Made by a program: the position numbers and the translations under genes. Under the pieces are notes generated by a model, which was given only the letters and a program-made list of their open reading frames with translations, was not told where the DNA came from and ran no database searches. DNA of 64,000 nt from Candidatus Omnitrophota bacterium (GTDB lineage: Bacteria; Omnitrophota; Gorgyraeia; Pluralincolimonadales; CAZUZR01), in the NCBI GenBank assembly GCA_043821025.1, contig JBDRDF010000032.1, positions 11,261 through 75,260 of the forward strand, read 5' to 3'. Numbering within the stretch: position 1 is the first letter of the stretch; every line of letters begins with the position of its first letter. Of the stretch, positions 46,566 to 57,773 are shown in pieces.

Positions 46566-46844
46566 GTGAGAAAAATGATTAACGGCGCTACAAAACAAAA
46601 TGCTTTAGTAAGGCTTAAGAGAATCGAAGGCCAAATTAAGGGCGTACAGCGTATGATCGAAGAAGAGAAATACTGCGTTGATATCATCAATCAGATAAAC
46701 GCTGTGAGAAGGGCTCTTGAACAGGTGGCCTTGTGCGTTATGAAACGCCATGTCGATTCATGCGTTTCCGAAGCGATTAAGAAAGACAAGGCTGGCGGAA
46801 AAGTAGAAGAACTTATGGAAACCATCGATAGGTTCATAAGGTGA
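46566..46844 (+). CDS. csoR: CsoR/RcnR-family copper-sensing repressor
   Basis: RLKRIEGQ, YCVDI and HVDSC ligands; ATG 46575 is an alternative start. Confidence 0.9.
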   Translation: MRKMINGATKQNALVRLKRIEGQIKGVQRMIEEEKYCVDIINQINAVRRALEQVALCVMKRHVDSCVSEAIKKDKAGGKVEELMETIDRFIR

Positions 46845-46849
46845 AGTAA

Positions 46850-48124
46850 ATGCCTTTTAAAACGATGAAGAAATTTTTTATCTTATTTTTGGTTAATGCA
46901 TTTTTATTAAACTATAGTTTGTTGTACTCTTCTGAGGCGCTTCCTTTAGATTCCCTCATTAAAGAGGCAAAGGAAAAGAATCCAGGGATTTTAGCAGCAA
47001 AGAAAAACTGGGAGGCATCTTTAACAAGAGTGCCTCAGGCGAAGTCTCTTGAAAGTCCCACTATAGGTTTTACTTTTATGAAGATACCTAAAGGCACATT
47101 AAAATTAGACAAGACAATATCCGAGGACCGCATGTTATCAATTTCCCAGTTCTTACCTCTATTTGGCAAATTATCTTTAAAAGGCAAAATCGCATTGGTT
47201 GAATCACAGATGTTCGCCGCTGAATATAGAAACAAAGAACTAGAGATTATAAACGAAGTTAAAAACGCCTATTACGATTTATTTATGAATTATAAGGAAA
47301 TAGAATTAAACGAGCAGAGCCTTAAATTTTTAGTGGGCATCGCCAAAATTGCTGAAGCGAAATATATAGTGGGAGAAATTTCGCAGGAAGAGATTTTTAA
47401 AATAAATCTCGAAATAGCCAGTCTAAGCAATAATATTGCTAATCTGAGACAGGAACAGTTGGCGAAGATAACGCGGATAAATGCTTTGCTAAACCGAGAT
47501 CCCGAAAGCCCCTTAGTTATTGCAGAGTTACAAGAAGACGCATCTTTTAATATAGATATAACATATTTATACAAACTTACCTTAGTGAATCAACCAGAAT
47601 TGCTAATCTTTTCTTATGCGATAGAGAGAAATAAATACGCCAAGTCCTTGGCCGAAAGAAATTATTTGCCGGATTTAATGGCACAAATTGCACTTCGCGG
47701 TTTTACCGGAGGCATTGGCCCTTGGGATTTGATGTTAGGTTTTACTTTACCTTTTTGGTTCTGGACAAAACAGCGTTATGAAGTAAAGGAAGCGATTGCT
47801 AATATAGATGAGGCAAATGCAGCTTATCAGGCAATGAAGAATAGGTCATTATCCGAAACCAAGGATTTAGCCACAAAAGTAGAAATTGCCAAGAATAAGA
47901 TTAAACTATATAAAACTAATTTGATACCTATATTAGAAAGTTCTATTGAGTCTTCTTTAGCAGGTTTTCGTTCAGGAAGAGGTGATTTTATGATGATCTT
48001 AGACAACGAAAGGATGCTTATTGAGACGAAAATGGACTATTATAAATCATTGGTTGAATATAATACGAATTTAGCGGATTTAGAAAGGACTGTAGGTATA
48101 GATTTAAAAGGGGTGATAAAATGA
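46850..48124 (+). CDS. TolC-family outer membrane factor (CusC/CzcC-like)
   Basis: Signal peptide, helical OEP repeats, and position before the MFP and RND genes. Confidence 0.85.
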   Translation: MPFKTMKKFFILFLVNAFLLNYSLLYSSEALPLDSLIKEAKEKNPGILAAKKNWEASLTRVPQAKSLESPTIGFTFMKIPKGTLKLDKTISEDRMLSISQFLPLFGKLSLKGKIALVESQMFAAEYRNKELEIINEVKNAYYDLFMNYKEIELNEQSLKFLVGIAKIAEAKYIVGEISQEEIFKINLEIASLSNNIANLRQEQLAKITRINALLNRDPESPLVIAELQEDASFNIDITYLYKLTLVNQPELLIFSYAIERNKYAKSLAERNYLPDLMAQIALRGFTGGIGPWDLMLGFTLPFWFWTKQRYEVKEAIANIDEANAAYQAMKNRSLSETKDLATKVEIAKNKIKLYKTNLIPILESSIESSLAGFRSGRGDFMMILDNERMLIETKMDYYKSLVEYNTNLADLERTVGIDLKGVIK

Positions 48125-49272
48125 AAAAAATATTGTTACTTATAATTACTTTGGTAGTCCTTTTTAGCAACGTTTCATTGTATGCCCAGCATCAACATCA
48201 GGCACCGCCGATTAAAAAAGAAACCACAGTAAGTCAAAAGAAGATAAAATATTGGACTTGTGGTATGCATCCGCAGGTAAAACAGGACAAACCCGGAAAT
48301 TGCCCCATATGCAATATGAAATTAATTCCGATATACGAAGAAGAGACTGTTTCGCAAGCGGCACCTGAAGAAGCAATTATTAAATTAAGCAGCCGAGATA
48401 TCTCCTTGGCAGGAATAAAATCCGAACCGGTTACTCTTAGGCATCTTTTCAAAGAAATTCGCACCGTAGGAAGAATTGCCTATGACCCCGAGTCGTATAA
48501 AGCAGAGGAAGAATACATTCAGGCACTTAAAGCACAAGAGGATTTAAAAGCAAGCGAAATTCCAGAGATAAAAAAGCGTGCATCAAGCCTTGTAGAGGCA
48601 GCTGGCTTGAAATTGCGTCTATTAGGATTGGGAGAAGAACAGATCAAAGAATTAGCTACACAAAACAAGCCTGACAGCAGTCTAATTATATCAAATGAAG
48701 AGAATCCTTTTGTTTGGGTCTATGCGGATATCTATGAATATGAGTTAAGTTGGATTAGGATAGGCCAACCCATGAAGATATATTCTGTAAGTTTCCCGGA
48801 CGAAGAATTTAGGGGTAAGATAGAGGCAGTCGATCCCGTGCTTAACCCTATGACCCGCTCAGTGCGCATAAGGGCAAAGATAGATAACCCCCAGCTTAAG
48901 TTAAAACCACAGATGTATGTGGATATCTTTATCGAATCATATCTTACCGATGAAAATGACCAGCATAAACTTGTTTTAGCGATACCCAAAGATGCCGTAT
49001 TAGATACAGGTCTGCGTAAGATCGTTTATTTAGATTTAGGAGGCGGTTCATATCTCGGCAAAGAGGTAAAAGTTGGGCCAGAGGCAATCTCCTATGTTGA
49101 TGGCGAAAAACAAAAGTTTTACCCTGTAGTTGGCGGCTTAAAAGAAAATGATTTGGTGGTTACCAAAGGTAATTTCTTAATTGATTCTCAAAGCCAGATA
49201 ACGGGGGTAGCTGCTGGTGTATATGGTGGCGCATTAGGCGTTAAAGAAGAAACAAAACCTCATATTCATTAA
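48121..49272 (+). CDS. cusB: CusB-like periplasmic adaptor with heavy-metal-binding domain
   Basis: WTCGMHP...CPICNMKL, TRSVRIRA, LKPQMY and FLIDSQS. Confidence 0.85.
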   Translation: MKKILLLIITLVVLFSNVSLYAQHQHQAPPIKKETTVSQKKIKYWTCGMHPQVKQDKPGNCPICNMKLIPIYEEETVSQAAPEEAIIKLSSRDISLAGIKSEPVTLRHLFKEIRTVGRIAYDPESYKAEEEYIQALKAQEDLKASEIPEIKKRASSLVEAAGLKLRLLGLGEEQIKELATQNKPDSSLIISNEENPFVWVYADIYEYELSWIRIGQPMKIYSVSFPDEEFRGKIEAVDPVLNPMTRSVRIRAKIDNPQLKLKPQMYVDIFIESYLTDENDQHKLVLAIPKDAVLDTGLRKIVYLDLGGGSYLGKEVKVGPEAISYVDGEKQKFYPVVGGLKENDLVVTKGNFLIDSQSQITGVAAGVYGGALGVKEETKPHIH

Positions 49273-49287
49273 CCTTAAAGAGGTAAT

Positions 49288-52200
49288 ATGATAGATAGGT
49301 TAATCGAAGTCTGTTTAAAAAATCGTTTTTTGGTTATTTCTGCATTTATTCTTATTATTGTATGGGGAATTTTTTCGATAAAGAATACAGCCATTGATGC
49401 AATTCCCGATATAGGTGAATTACAGGTTATTGTATTCGCAGACTGGCCAGGAAGAAGTCCCAAGGATGTGGAGGACCAGGTGGTTTATCCTTTAACTACA
49501 CGCCTATTAGGGACTCCCGGAGTAAAGGTTATTCGTTCAGCTTCAGGTTTTGGCATTGGCATGATTTATCTTATTTTTAAAGAAGGAGTTGATTATTACT
49601 GGGCTAGAACCCGTGTATTAGAGAGGCTTAATTTTGCCACCGCCGGATTACCTGAAGGGACAATGGTTTCTTTAGGTCCGGATGCTACTGCCTTAGGACA
49701 AATCTTCTGGTACACTGTAGAAAATGGTTATTATTGTCTAGACCATCCTCAAAATAGTTATGATAAACCTGGTAAATGTCCGATAGATGGTAAAAAATTA
49801 GTAGCATCGCATTATGATTTAAGCCAACTGCGTTCACTTCAAGATTGGTATGTGCGTTATCAATTAAATTCTGTTTCAGGCGTCTCAGAAGTTGGCTCTG
49901 TGGGTGGTTATGTTAAGCAATACCAGATAGATGTGGATCCTAACAAACTACTTGCCTATGATGTAAAGCTGATGGATGTCTTAACAGCGGTTAAACGGTC
50001 CAATATCGACGTGGGTGCGAAGGTGTTTGAAGAAGGTGGTGTTGAGTTTATTATCCGGGGAGTAGGTTTTATCAAAACGATTAAAGATATAGAGAATATA
50101 GTCATATCCAGTCACGCAGGTACACCTGTATATATAAAAAATATCGGCACAGTTACCTTAGGCCCTGATTTTAGAAGAGGCACCTTAGATAAAGAAGGCA
50201 AAGAGGTAACCGGCGGCGTTGTGCTTATGCGCTATGGTGAGAATCCCTTAAGGGTAATCCAAGGCATAAAAAACAAATTGGAGGAGCTAAAAATAGGATT
50301 GTCTCCAGGAGTAAGAATTGTTCCTTTCTATGACCGCACAGGCCTTATTCTCAGATCGATAAACACCTTACGCGATGCCCTGATTCAAGAAATCATCATT
50401 ACTATTTTTGTGATTGTGGTATTTCTATTACATTTCTGGGGAAGTGTGATTATTTCAATCGTATTACCTATAGGTGTATTAATTTCATTTATACTAATGC
50501 GCATAAGAGGCGTGGATGCTAATATTATGTCCTTGGGTGGTATTGCGATTGCCATTGGTGTGATGGTTGATTCAGGCTGTGTTTTGGTTGAGAATATTTA
50601 CCGCAAGCTCGCAGAACGCCGAGCAGAGAGAAATTTACCTAACTTACCTTCTGAAGAAAGATTACAGGTCTGTATTAAAGCTGCTCAAGAGGTAGGAAAA
50701 CCCGTATTATTTGCCCTTCTTACAACCATTATCGGATTTATTCCTGTATTTGTTTTGACTGGCCAAGCAGGAAAACTCTTTATACCATTAGCCTTTACCA
50801 AAACCTTTGCTATGGTGGGCGCAGCGATTATTGCCTTAACCTTAATACCAACCTTATCATATTATTTATTAAGAGGAAGATTAAGGTTGGCTGAAGATAA
50901 TGCCACTTCTAGATTCCTTCATAAGATCTATAAACCCGTTATTAGTTGGTCACTTAATCGTAAAAAGACAATTATACTAATTTCTTGCGTAATCCTACTT
51001 TTAGGCGGGATCTCTGCTGTATTGATGAAGCAGGAATTTATGCCACCGTTAAATGAAGGAGATTTGTTATTTATGCCAGTACTATTGCCCGGCGCATCCC
51101 TAACGCAGGTAATGGATGTGATGAAAAAGCAAGATATAATTATAAAGAACGATTTTCCTAATGAGGTAGAATGGGCAGTAGGAAAATTAGGCCGCGCTGA
51201 GACTGCCACAGACCCCGCACCAATAATAATGATTGAGACAATTATTCACTTAAGGCCACAAAAAGAGTGGCGAAAAGGTATGACACGAGAAAAATTAGTT
51301 GAGCAGATACAAGAAAAGACCAAAATCCCCGGAGTAAGTCCTATTATGACTCAGCCGATAAGAAATAGAATTGATATGCTTGCTACAGGAATTCAGACTC
51401 CTGTGGGGATAAAGGTTTTTGGCTTTGATTTGAACAAAATCGAAGAAATTGCTATCGAATTAGAGAGGATAGTGAGTCAAGTCAAAGGCGCGGTCTCGCC
51501 GTTTGCAGAGCGGTTTGGGAGTTTGCCTTATTTTGAAATTGAGATAGACAGAAATCAAGCAGCGCGCTACGGATTAAGAATAGACGATATTCAAGAGATT
51601 ATTATGACTGCTATTGGAGGAGAGAATTTGACTACTACCGTAGAAGGTAGAGAGCGTTATCCGGTAAGGGTAAGGTATATGCGAGAGCTAAGGGATAGCC
51701 CTGAGGCTTTAAACAGGATATTTGTTTCATCGATGATGGGTGAACAGATTCCTCTAAGTCAGGTAGCAAGATTAAAAAGAGTTACTGGACCATCTATGAT
51801 TCAGTCGGAAAATACGCTTCCCTATGCTCGAATATTTATAAATGTTAATCAAGATGTGATTGGTTTGGTTGATTTTGTAAAGCTGGCTCAAAAGACTGTA
51901 AACGAAGCAATAAAGAGCGGTAAAATAAACTTACCTGCTGGCTACTATATTAGCTGGTCAGGACAGTTTGAGTCAGAGATGGAATCACGCAGAAGACTCA
52001 TACCATCTTTGGCGATTTGCTCAGCTATAATTTTATTGCTTTTGTATATGGCATTTAAGTCTTTTAGCTCTCTGGCTGTTGTATCTACAGGCCTGCCGGT
52101 TTCTCTCATGGGAGGGATTATTCTATTATTTATATTGGGTTTTAAATTCTCAACTGCCGTTTGGGTGGGCTTTATTGCTCTCTTTGGTGTAGCTACAGAT

Positions 52201-52551
52201 AATGCGGTTGTGCTTGTATCCTGCTTGGACGATCTATTTAGACAGAAAAAGCCAAGTTCATTAAAAGAGATTAGAGATACAGTAATACAAGGAGGCCTCT
52301 TACGCGTAAGGCCAATAATGATGACTACGACGACCACAATCATTGCTCTTATGCCCCTTATGTTATCAACCGGTACAGGTTCAGAGATAATGAAACCTAT
52401 GGCTTCTCCTACCGTGGGTGGTTTAGTAACCGCAACCTTGTCTAATTTGATCTTAGTGCCTGTCCTCTATTGCTGGCTAAAAGAGAGGCAGTTTAAAAAA
52501 ATCAAAGTTTTAGGAAGTGAGGTGAAAGCAAATGGCAAGAGTAACCATTAA
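49288..52551 (+). CDS. cusA: CusA/SilA-type heavy-metal RND permease
   Basis: DAIPD, LRSLQDW, ANIMSLGGIAIAIG, RIDMLATG and RVRPIMMT. Confidence 0.9.
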   Translation: MIDRLIEVCLKNRFLVISAFILIIVWGIFSIKNTAIDAIPDIGELQVIVFADWPGRSPKDVEDQVVYPLTTRLLGTPGVKVIRSASGFGIGMIYLIFKEGVDYYWARTRVLERLNFATAGLPEGTMVSLGPDATALGQIFWYTVENGYYCLDHPQNSYDKPGKCPIDGKKLVASHYDLSQLRSLQDWYVRYQLNSVSGVSEVGSVGGYVKQYQIDVDPNKLLAYDVKLMDVLTAVKRSNIDVGAKVFEEGGVEFIIRGVGFIKTIKDIENIVISSHAGTPVYIKNIGTVTLGPDFRRGTLDKEGKEVTGGVVLMRYGENPLRVIQGIKNKLEELKIGLSPGVRIVPFYDRTGLILRSINTLRDALIQEIIITIFVIVVFLLHFWGSVIISIVLPIGVLISFILMRIRGVDANIMSLGGIAIAIGVMVDSGCVLVENIYRKLAERRAERNLPNLPSEERLQVCIKAAQEVGKPVLFALLTTIIGFIPVFVLTGQAGKLFIPLAFTKTFAMVGAAIIALTLIPTLSYYLLRGRLRLAEDNATSRFLHKIYKPVISWSLNRKKTIILISCVILLLGGISAVLMKQEFMPPLNEGDLLFMPVLLPGASLTQVMDVMKKQDIIIKNDFPNEVEWAVGKLGRAETATDPAPIIMIETIIHLRPQKEWRKGMTREKLVEQIQEKTKIPGVSPIMTQPIRNRIDMLATGIQTPVGIKVFGFDLNKIEEIAIELERIVSQVKGAVSPFAERFGSLPYFEIEIDRNQAARYGLRIDDIQEIIMTAIGGENLTTTVEGRERYPVRVRYMRELRDSPEALNRIFVSSMMGEQIPLSQVARLKRVTGPSMIQSENTLPYARIFINVNQDVIGLVDFVKLAQKTVNEAIKSGKINLPAGYYISWSGQFESEMESRRRLIPSLAICSAIILLLLYMAFKSFSSLAVVSTGLPVSLMGGIILLFILGFKFSTAVWVGFIALFGVATDNAVVLVSCLDDLFRQKKPSSLKEIRDTVIQGGLLRVRPIMMTTTTTIIALMPLMLSTGTGSEIMKPMASPTVGGLVTATLSNLILVPVLYCWLKERQFKKIKVLGSEVKANGKSNH

Positions 52552-52645
52552 GTGGCTTATAAGACCCATTGCCCATTGCAAGGAAGGACATTAGGATAAA
52601 ACCACCGGTGATTATATTTGCTTGTAGGAGAAAAAATGGTATAAA

Positions 52646-53002
52646 ATGAAAAAAATTTTCATTTTGGTAGTTAGTATATTATTTGTTCTGAGCTTAATTA
52701 GGACAACATTTGCTACCATGTGCGGTGGCATAACCAGCAGTAAAATGACGTCAACTAGAACTACACAGGTGCAAGATTTGGAGACAGAGCCCGAAGCCAT
52801 AAATGTCGGTAATGAAATCTGTCCGGTTTTGGACGAAAAGATCGATGAGAAGACCAAAGTGACCTATGAGTATAAAAGCAAGATCTACAATCTCTGTTGT
52901 CCGGGATGTAAATCGGAATTTGAGGCGAACCCTGAAAAATATATCGGTGAAAAATCAGAGGAGGGAAAAGAAACATACGAACACAAACATATGATGCATT
53001 AA
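52646..53002 (+). CDS. Periplasmic YHS/TRASH-domain metal-binding protein
   Basis: Signal peptide, ICPVL, YNLCCPGC...NPEKY and a His/Met tail. Confidence 0.8.
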   Translation: MKKIFILVVSILFVLSLIRTTFATMCGGITSSKMTSTRTTQVQDLETEPEAINVGNEICPVLDEKIDEKTKVTYEYKSKIYNLCCPGCKSEFEANPEKYIGEKSEEGKETYEHKHMMH

Positions 53003-53022
53003 GTTAAAAAGGAGTTACTTAA

Positions 53023-54045
53023 ATGCCAGAACTAAGACAAAACCTCGCCACAAAAGAGTGGGTTATTATCGCTACCGAACGCGCCAAAAGGCCGGAAGAG
53101 TTTGCGAAGAAAAAAGAGCTCCTTGTAACTTCGCCGTCTTATGATGCTAATTGTCCGTTTTGTGAGGGAAACGAATCTAAAACGCCGAACGAGATATTAG
53201 GATATCGCAAAGAAGGGACGAAATCAGGCGAGAAGGGATGGCATGTCAGGGTTGTGCCAAATAAATTTCCTGCACTGATTCCTTCTGCAACCTCTGTAGT
53301 TGTAGAAAGGTCAAAATCCGGGATTTATCTTCGGATGAACGGCATGGGTAAGCACGAGGTAATAATAGAGAACCCAGACCACGGCAAGACCTTGGGCACG
53401 ATGAGCGTAGCCGAAGTCGAAAATGTAATCCGCGGATACCACGATAGGTATTTAGTTTTGGATTGGGATCCCTCCTACAAATTGATTATAATATTCCGCA
53501 ACCAAGGAACTTTGGCAGGCGCATCGCTTCTTCATCCGCATTCGCAGTTAGTAGCTACTGCAATAGTTCCGTCTCATATCAGAAATCGACTTTACGAAGC
53601 GCAGAGATATTATGATGAATTAGGAAGGTGCGTATTCTGCGATATAATAGAGAATGAGCTAAAAGAGAATGAGAGGGTTATATTGCAAAATGATAGGTTC
53701 ATTGCATTCGTGCCCTACGCCGCTTCAGTTCCGCATGAGATTTGGATTTTACCGTTAAGACATGAAACGTCATTTGCTGATTTACAGCCGGACGACATAA
53801 ACCCTCTGGCTCAGATATTACAGAACATCCTTGCGAAGATGTATCATTCTTTAAACAATCCCGACTATAATTACTGCATAAATACGGTGCCACACTATTC
53901 CTCTGACGAGCCATATTATCATTGGCACATTCAGATATTACCCCGTCTTTCAACCCAAGCCGGATTTGAAATCGGCTCCGGGATTCACATTAACGTCGCT
54001 CTTCCTGAAGAGTCAGCGAAATTCTTAAGAGAATTTAAAATTTAA
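53023..54045 (+). CDS. galT: Galactose-1-phosphate uridylyltransferase family
   Basis: [26 protein letters not shown] and AGFEIGSG. Confidence 0.9.
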   Translation: MPELRQNLATKEWVIIATERAKRPEEFAKKKELLVTSPSYDANCPFCEGNESKTPNEILGYRKEGTKSGEKGWHVRVVPNKFPALIPSATSVVVERSKSGIYLRMNGMGKHEVIIENPDHGKTLGTMSVAEVENVIRGYHDRYLVLDWDPSYKLIIIFRNQGTLAGASLLHPHSQLVATAIVPSHIRNRLYEAQRYYDELGRCVFCDIIENELKENERVILQNDRFIAFVPYAASVPHEIWILPLRHETSFADLQPDDINPLAQILQNILAKMYHSLNNPDYNYCINTVPHYSSDEPYYHWHIQILPRLSTQAGFEIGSGIHINVALPEESAKFLREFKI

Positions 54046-54049
54046 TAGC

Positions 54050-56254
54050 ATGGTCAATATGGAAAAAGTCACAATTCCAATAGAAGGCATATCCTGTTCA
54101 TCCTGCGTTGCGAAGATAGAGCACGCCTTAAAAAGGCAGCAGGGGGTTATTACCGCAAACGTCAATTTTGCGACTAAGAAGGCGACGATAGAATATAATC
54201 CGTCAGAAATAAATTTAGCCGGTTTAAAAAAGGTTATCGAAAACATCGGATATAAACCCTTGGAGGCAGAAGAAACCACTGATGTTGAGGAGAAAATCCG
54301 CGCAAGAGAATACAGCAATTTAAAGCTCAAGTTTACGATAAGTGCGATTCTAACCACTTTTATTTTAATTTTTAGTTTTCGTGCGACGTCGTTCATAATT
54401 CTCTTTATTTTAACCACGCCTGTCCAATTCTGGGGCGGATGGCAGTTCTTCAAAGCTACATATGTCGCGGCCAAACATAAGACAACGGATATGAACACAT
54501 TGATTGCAATGGGCACCTTCGCCGCATATTTCTACAGCGTCGTCGCTACGTTTTATCCGGAATTTTTTACCAAAGGCGGTTTTAAGGTAGAGGTTTATTA
54601 CGATACAGCGGCAGTTATCATTACCCTCATTCTGTTAGGCAGGCTTCTGGAAGAAAAGGCTAAAGGTAGGACATCCGAGGCAATAAAAAAACTCATTGGT
54701 TTAAAGCCGAAGACAGCAAGGGTTATAAGGGACGGAGATGAAATAGACGTTCCAATAGAAGAGGTCAAAAAAGGTGACTTAATATTAGTCAGGCCCGGGG
54801 AGAAGATACCGGTTGATGGGATTATAAAAGAAGGTTCGTCTTTTGTGGACGAATCTATGTTAACCGGCGAATCTATGCCTGTCGAGAAAAACGTTGGAGA
54901 TGAAATAATAGGTGCTACGATAAATAAATCAGGCGCTTTTAAGTTTGTAGCGACGAAGGTTGGTAAAGATACAGCGTTAGCGCAGATTATAAAATTGGTA
55001 CAAGATGCACAGGGTTCGAAAGCGCCGATTCAACGGTTAGCTGATAGAATTTCAGGTTTTTTTGTCCCCATTGTTATTACTATTGCGATAGCAACGTTTA
55101 TAATATGGTATCTTATCGGACCACAACCACAGCTTACATACGCATTGTTGAATTTTGTTGCGGTGTTGATTATTGCTTGTCCTTGCGCTTTAGGTTTAGC
55201 AACGCCCACAGCGATTATGGTAGGAACAGGCAAAGGTGCTGAGTATGGCGTGCTGATTAAAGGAGGCGAGGCGCTTGAAGTGGTGCACAAGGTAGATTCC
55301 GTTATATTTGATAAGACGGGGACTTTGACGAAAGGCAAACCAGCAGTTACCGATATTGTTGTAAGCGAAGGTAGTTCTAAAGATGATGTGCTTTTACTTG
55401 CCGCCTCCGTCGAAAAAAACTCCGAACACCCATTGGCAGAAGCGATCGTGAATATGGCACGCGAAAGAAATTTAAAATTAGAGCAGCCCTCGCAATTCAA
55501 CGCTATCGCGGGTCAGGGAGTAAGGGCAAAGGTTGAAGATAGAGAGGTTGTTTTAGGAAATCTAAAATTTATGAAGGATAATAATATCAATGTTGAAGGT
55601 TTAGGATCCAAAGCAGAGGAATTTTCTAACGAAGGCAAGACGCCGATATTTTTAGCGGTTAATGACAAAGCAATGGGTTTGTTTGCTGTAGCGGATACTC
55701 TAAAAGACAAGTCCAAGGAGGCAGTCGATGCGTTGCACAAAATGGGACTCGAAGTAATCATGATCACCGGAGATAATAAACGTACGGCAGAAACGATCGC
55801 GAAAAGATTAAATTTAGATGAGACCTTAGCAGAAGTTCTGCCAAAAGATAAGGCAAATGAGATTAAGAAATTGCAAGGACAAGGCAAAAGGGTCGCGATG
55901 GTAGGCGACGGAATAAATGACGCTCCCGCATTAGCACAGGCCGATATTGGAATTGCTATCGGAAGCGGCACGGATGTTGCGATGGAATCTTCGGACATTA
56001 CCTTAATTAAGGAAGATTTACGAGCTGTCATAACAGCGATTCAGCTTTCTAAACGGACTATGCGCACGATAAAGCAGAATCTATTTTGGGCGTTTTTCTA
56101 CAATGTTGCCGCAATCCCAATTGCCGCTGGTGTCCTATACCCTTTTTTTGGGATTTTACTGAGCCCAATTTTTGCGTCTTTTGCCATGGCATTTAGTTCG
56201 GTCTCGGTTGTAACAAATTCCTTGCGTTTGCGTAACTTCCACCCTAAAATATAA
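54050..56254 (+). CDS. copA: Cu(+)-translocating P1B-type ATPase
   Basis: CSSC metal-binding domain, TGES, CPCALG, DKTGT, SEHP, GDGIND, YN and MAFSS. Confidence 0.95.
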   Translation: MVNMEKVTIPIEGISCSSCVAKIEHALKRQQGVITANVNFATKKATIEYNPSEINLAGLKKVIENIGYKPLEAEETTDVEEKIRAREYSNLKLKFTISAILTTFILIFSFRATSFIILFILTTPVQFWGGWQFFKATYVAAKHKTTDMNTLIAMGTFAAYFYSVVATFYPEFFTKGGFKVEVYYDTAAVIITLILLGRLLEEKAKGRTSEAIKKLIGLKPKTARVIRDGDEIDVPIEEVKKGDLILVRPGEKIPVDGIIKEGSSFVDESMLTGESMPVEKNVGDEIIGATINKSGAFKFVATKVGKDTALAQIIKLVQDAQGSKAPIQRLADRISGFFVPIVITIAIATFIIWYLIGPQPQLTYALLNFVAVLIIACPCALGLATPTAIMVGTGKGAEYGVLIKGGEALEVVHKVDSVIFDKTGTLTKGKPAVTDIVVSEGSSKDDVLLLAASVEKNSEHPLAEAIVNMARERNLKLEQPSQFNAIAGQGVRAKVEDREVVLGNLKFMKDNNINVEGLGSKAEEFSNEGKTPIFLAVNDKAMGLFAVADTLKDKSKEAVDALHKMGLEVIMITGDNKRTAETIAKRLNLDETLAEVLPKDKANEIKKLQGQGKRVAMVGDGINDAPALAQADIGIAIGSGTDVAMESSDITLIKEDLRAVITAIQLSKRTMRTIKQNLFWAFFYNVAAIPIAAGVLYPFFGILLSPIFASFAMAFSSVSVVTNSLRLRNFHPKI

Positions 56255-56281
56255 AATATCTTTTAAAATTCGGAGGTGATT

Positions 56282-57694
56282 ATGCAAAAGTTTAATGGGA
56301 AAATAGCATTAAAAATATTTTTTCTGGGCGTTATTGTATCTTTTGCTATTTTTACTTCAAGCGAAACAGAAGGCGAACTAAGGTCCGGCGTTCACGCTAA
56401 CATTTCAGGATGGTATTTAATCTGGCAAGACGAATTTGAAGTGGATAAGCTTGATTTGTCCAAATGGAGAATCGAAGATGCCGCGTTAATAAAGAACAAC
56501 GAACTGCAATATTATACCCCTGAGGAGGTATACGTCCATGACGGTGTATTAACGCTTAGAAGTCAAAAGAGGCAAATGGGCGGTCGTGAGTATACCTCTG
56601 GTCTCGTTGAGACAAGGGGAAAGTTCTTTTTTCAGTATGGACGTGTGGAGGTCCGCGCGAAACTTCCTGGGACCAAAGGGTTGTGGCCAGCTCACTGGTT
56701 GTTGCCCAATAGCGGGAAATGGCCGCCTGAAATCGATATCATGGAATTGGTCGGGCACAGGCCTAATAGAGTTCACATGACAAATCATTATGGCATCTGG
56801 CCACATAACAGATACGAATCCTCCACCTATTCCGGCCCGGATTTCACAAAGGATTTTCATACCTTTGCCGTTGAATGGGAGCCGAACGAAATCCGTTGGT
56901 ACGTGGATGGCACGCAGCGTTTTTCTACCAAAAAGCACGTTCCGCAGGAACCGTTTTTCATTATTCTTAATACAGCGGTGGGGGGGAATATGCCCGGAAA
57001 TCCGGATGACACGACGGTATTCCCTCAGCATCACAATATAGATTACGTTCGCGTATATGGCAAAGAAATTCCAGGGACTTATTTTTTGGCAACATCAGCC
57101 AATAATGGGTATATAATAACCGAACCCAAACAGGACAGATATAAAAAGAGGTCAAGGGTAAAGCTTACGGCAGTGCCGAATATAGGGTATAAGTTTAGCC
57201 ACTGGAGCGGAGATGTCTTAGCCGAGGGGAATCCAGCCACTATCGTTATGAATAGACATAAAAAAATTACAGCACACTTTGTTATCGATCCAAATGCCCC
57301 AAAACTGCTTTCACAAGGTAAAACCGCTTATGCCTCTTCATTGGAAAATCAGTCATATCCCGCATCAAATGTTGTAGATGGCAATCTAAATACTCGCTGG
57401 TCGTCGGAGTTTTATGATCCCCAGTGGATTTATATTGACCTTGGGGAAGTCCATTCCATGGAAGCGGTAAGATTACAATGGGAGAGCGCCTACGGCAGAG
57501 AGTATAAGATTCAGGTATCAGATGATGCTAAAAGTTGGAGGACTGTATATTCAACGGAAAACGGCATCGGCAAAATGGAAGAGATAACTAATTTAAACGC
57601 TTCGGGAAGATACGTTCGTATTTATGGAACTGCTCGCGGTAAAGAATGGGGTTACTCCCTATGGGAATTTGAGGTCTTTGGCCGGGTTCAATAG
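56282..57694 (+). CDS. Secreted GH16 (laminarinase-like) + bacterial repeat + F5/8 (CBM32) domain
   Basis: LWPAHW and catalytic EIDIME; PNIGYKFSHWSG repeat; VDGNLNTRWSS...GRYVRI...YSLWEFEVFG. Confidence 0.9.
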   Translation: MQKFNGKIALKIFFLGVIVSFAIFTSSETEGELRSGVHANISGWYLIWQDEFEVDKLDLSKWRIEDAALIKNNELQYYTPEEVYVHDGVLTLRSQKRQMGGREYTSGLVETRGKFFFQYGRVEVRAKLPGTKGLWPAHWLLPNSGKWPPEIDIMELVGHRPNRVHMTNHYGIWPHNRYESSTYSGPDFTKDFHTFAVEWEPNEIRWYVDGTQRFSTKKHVPQEPFFIILNTAVGGNMPGNPDDTTVFPQHHNIDYVRVYGKEIPGTYFLATSANNGYIITEPKQDRYKKRSRVKLTAVPNIGYKFSHWSGDVLAEGNPATIVMNRHKKITAHFVIDPNAPKLLSQGKTAYASSLENQSYPASNVVDGNLNTRWSSEFYDPQWIYIDLGEVHSMEAVRLQWESAYGREYKIQVSDDAKSWRTVYSTENGIGKMEEITNLNASGRYVRIYGTARGKEWGYSLWEFEVFGRVQ

Positions 57695-57695
57695 A

Positions 57696-57749
57696 TTGTA
57701 AACCAAAATCTTAATTTTGGTTGACAATTAGCCCTCCTTAAATTATAAT
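57696..57749 (+). promoter_or_regulatory. BirA operator overlapping a consensus promoter
   Basis: TTGTAAACC-N14-GGTTGACAA (57696-57727); TTGACA (57721-57726), 17 nt spacer, TATAAT (57744-57749). Confidence 0.85.
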
Positions 57750-57773
57750 CTTAATAAAAGGAGGGCGTTATTT

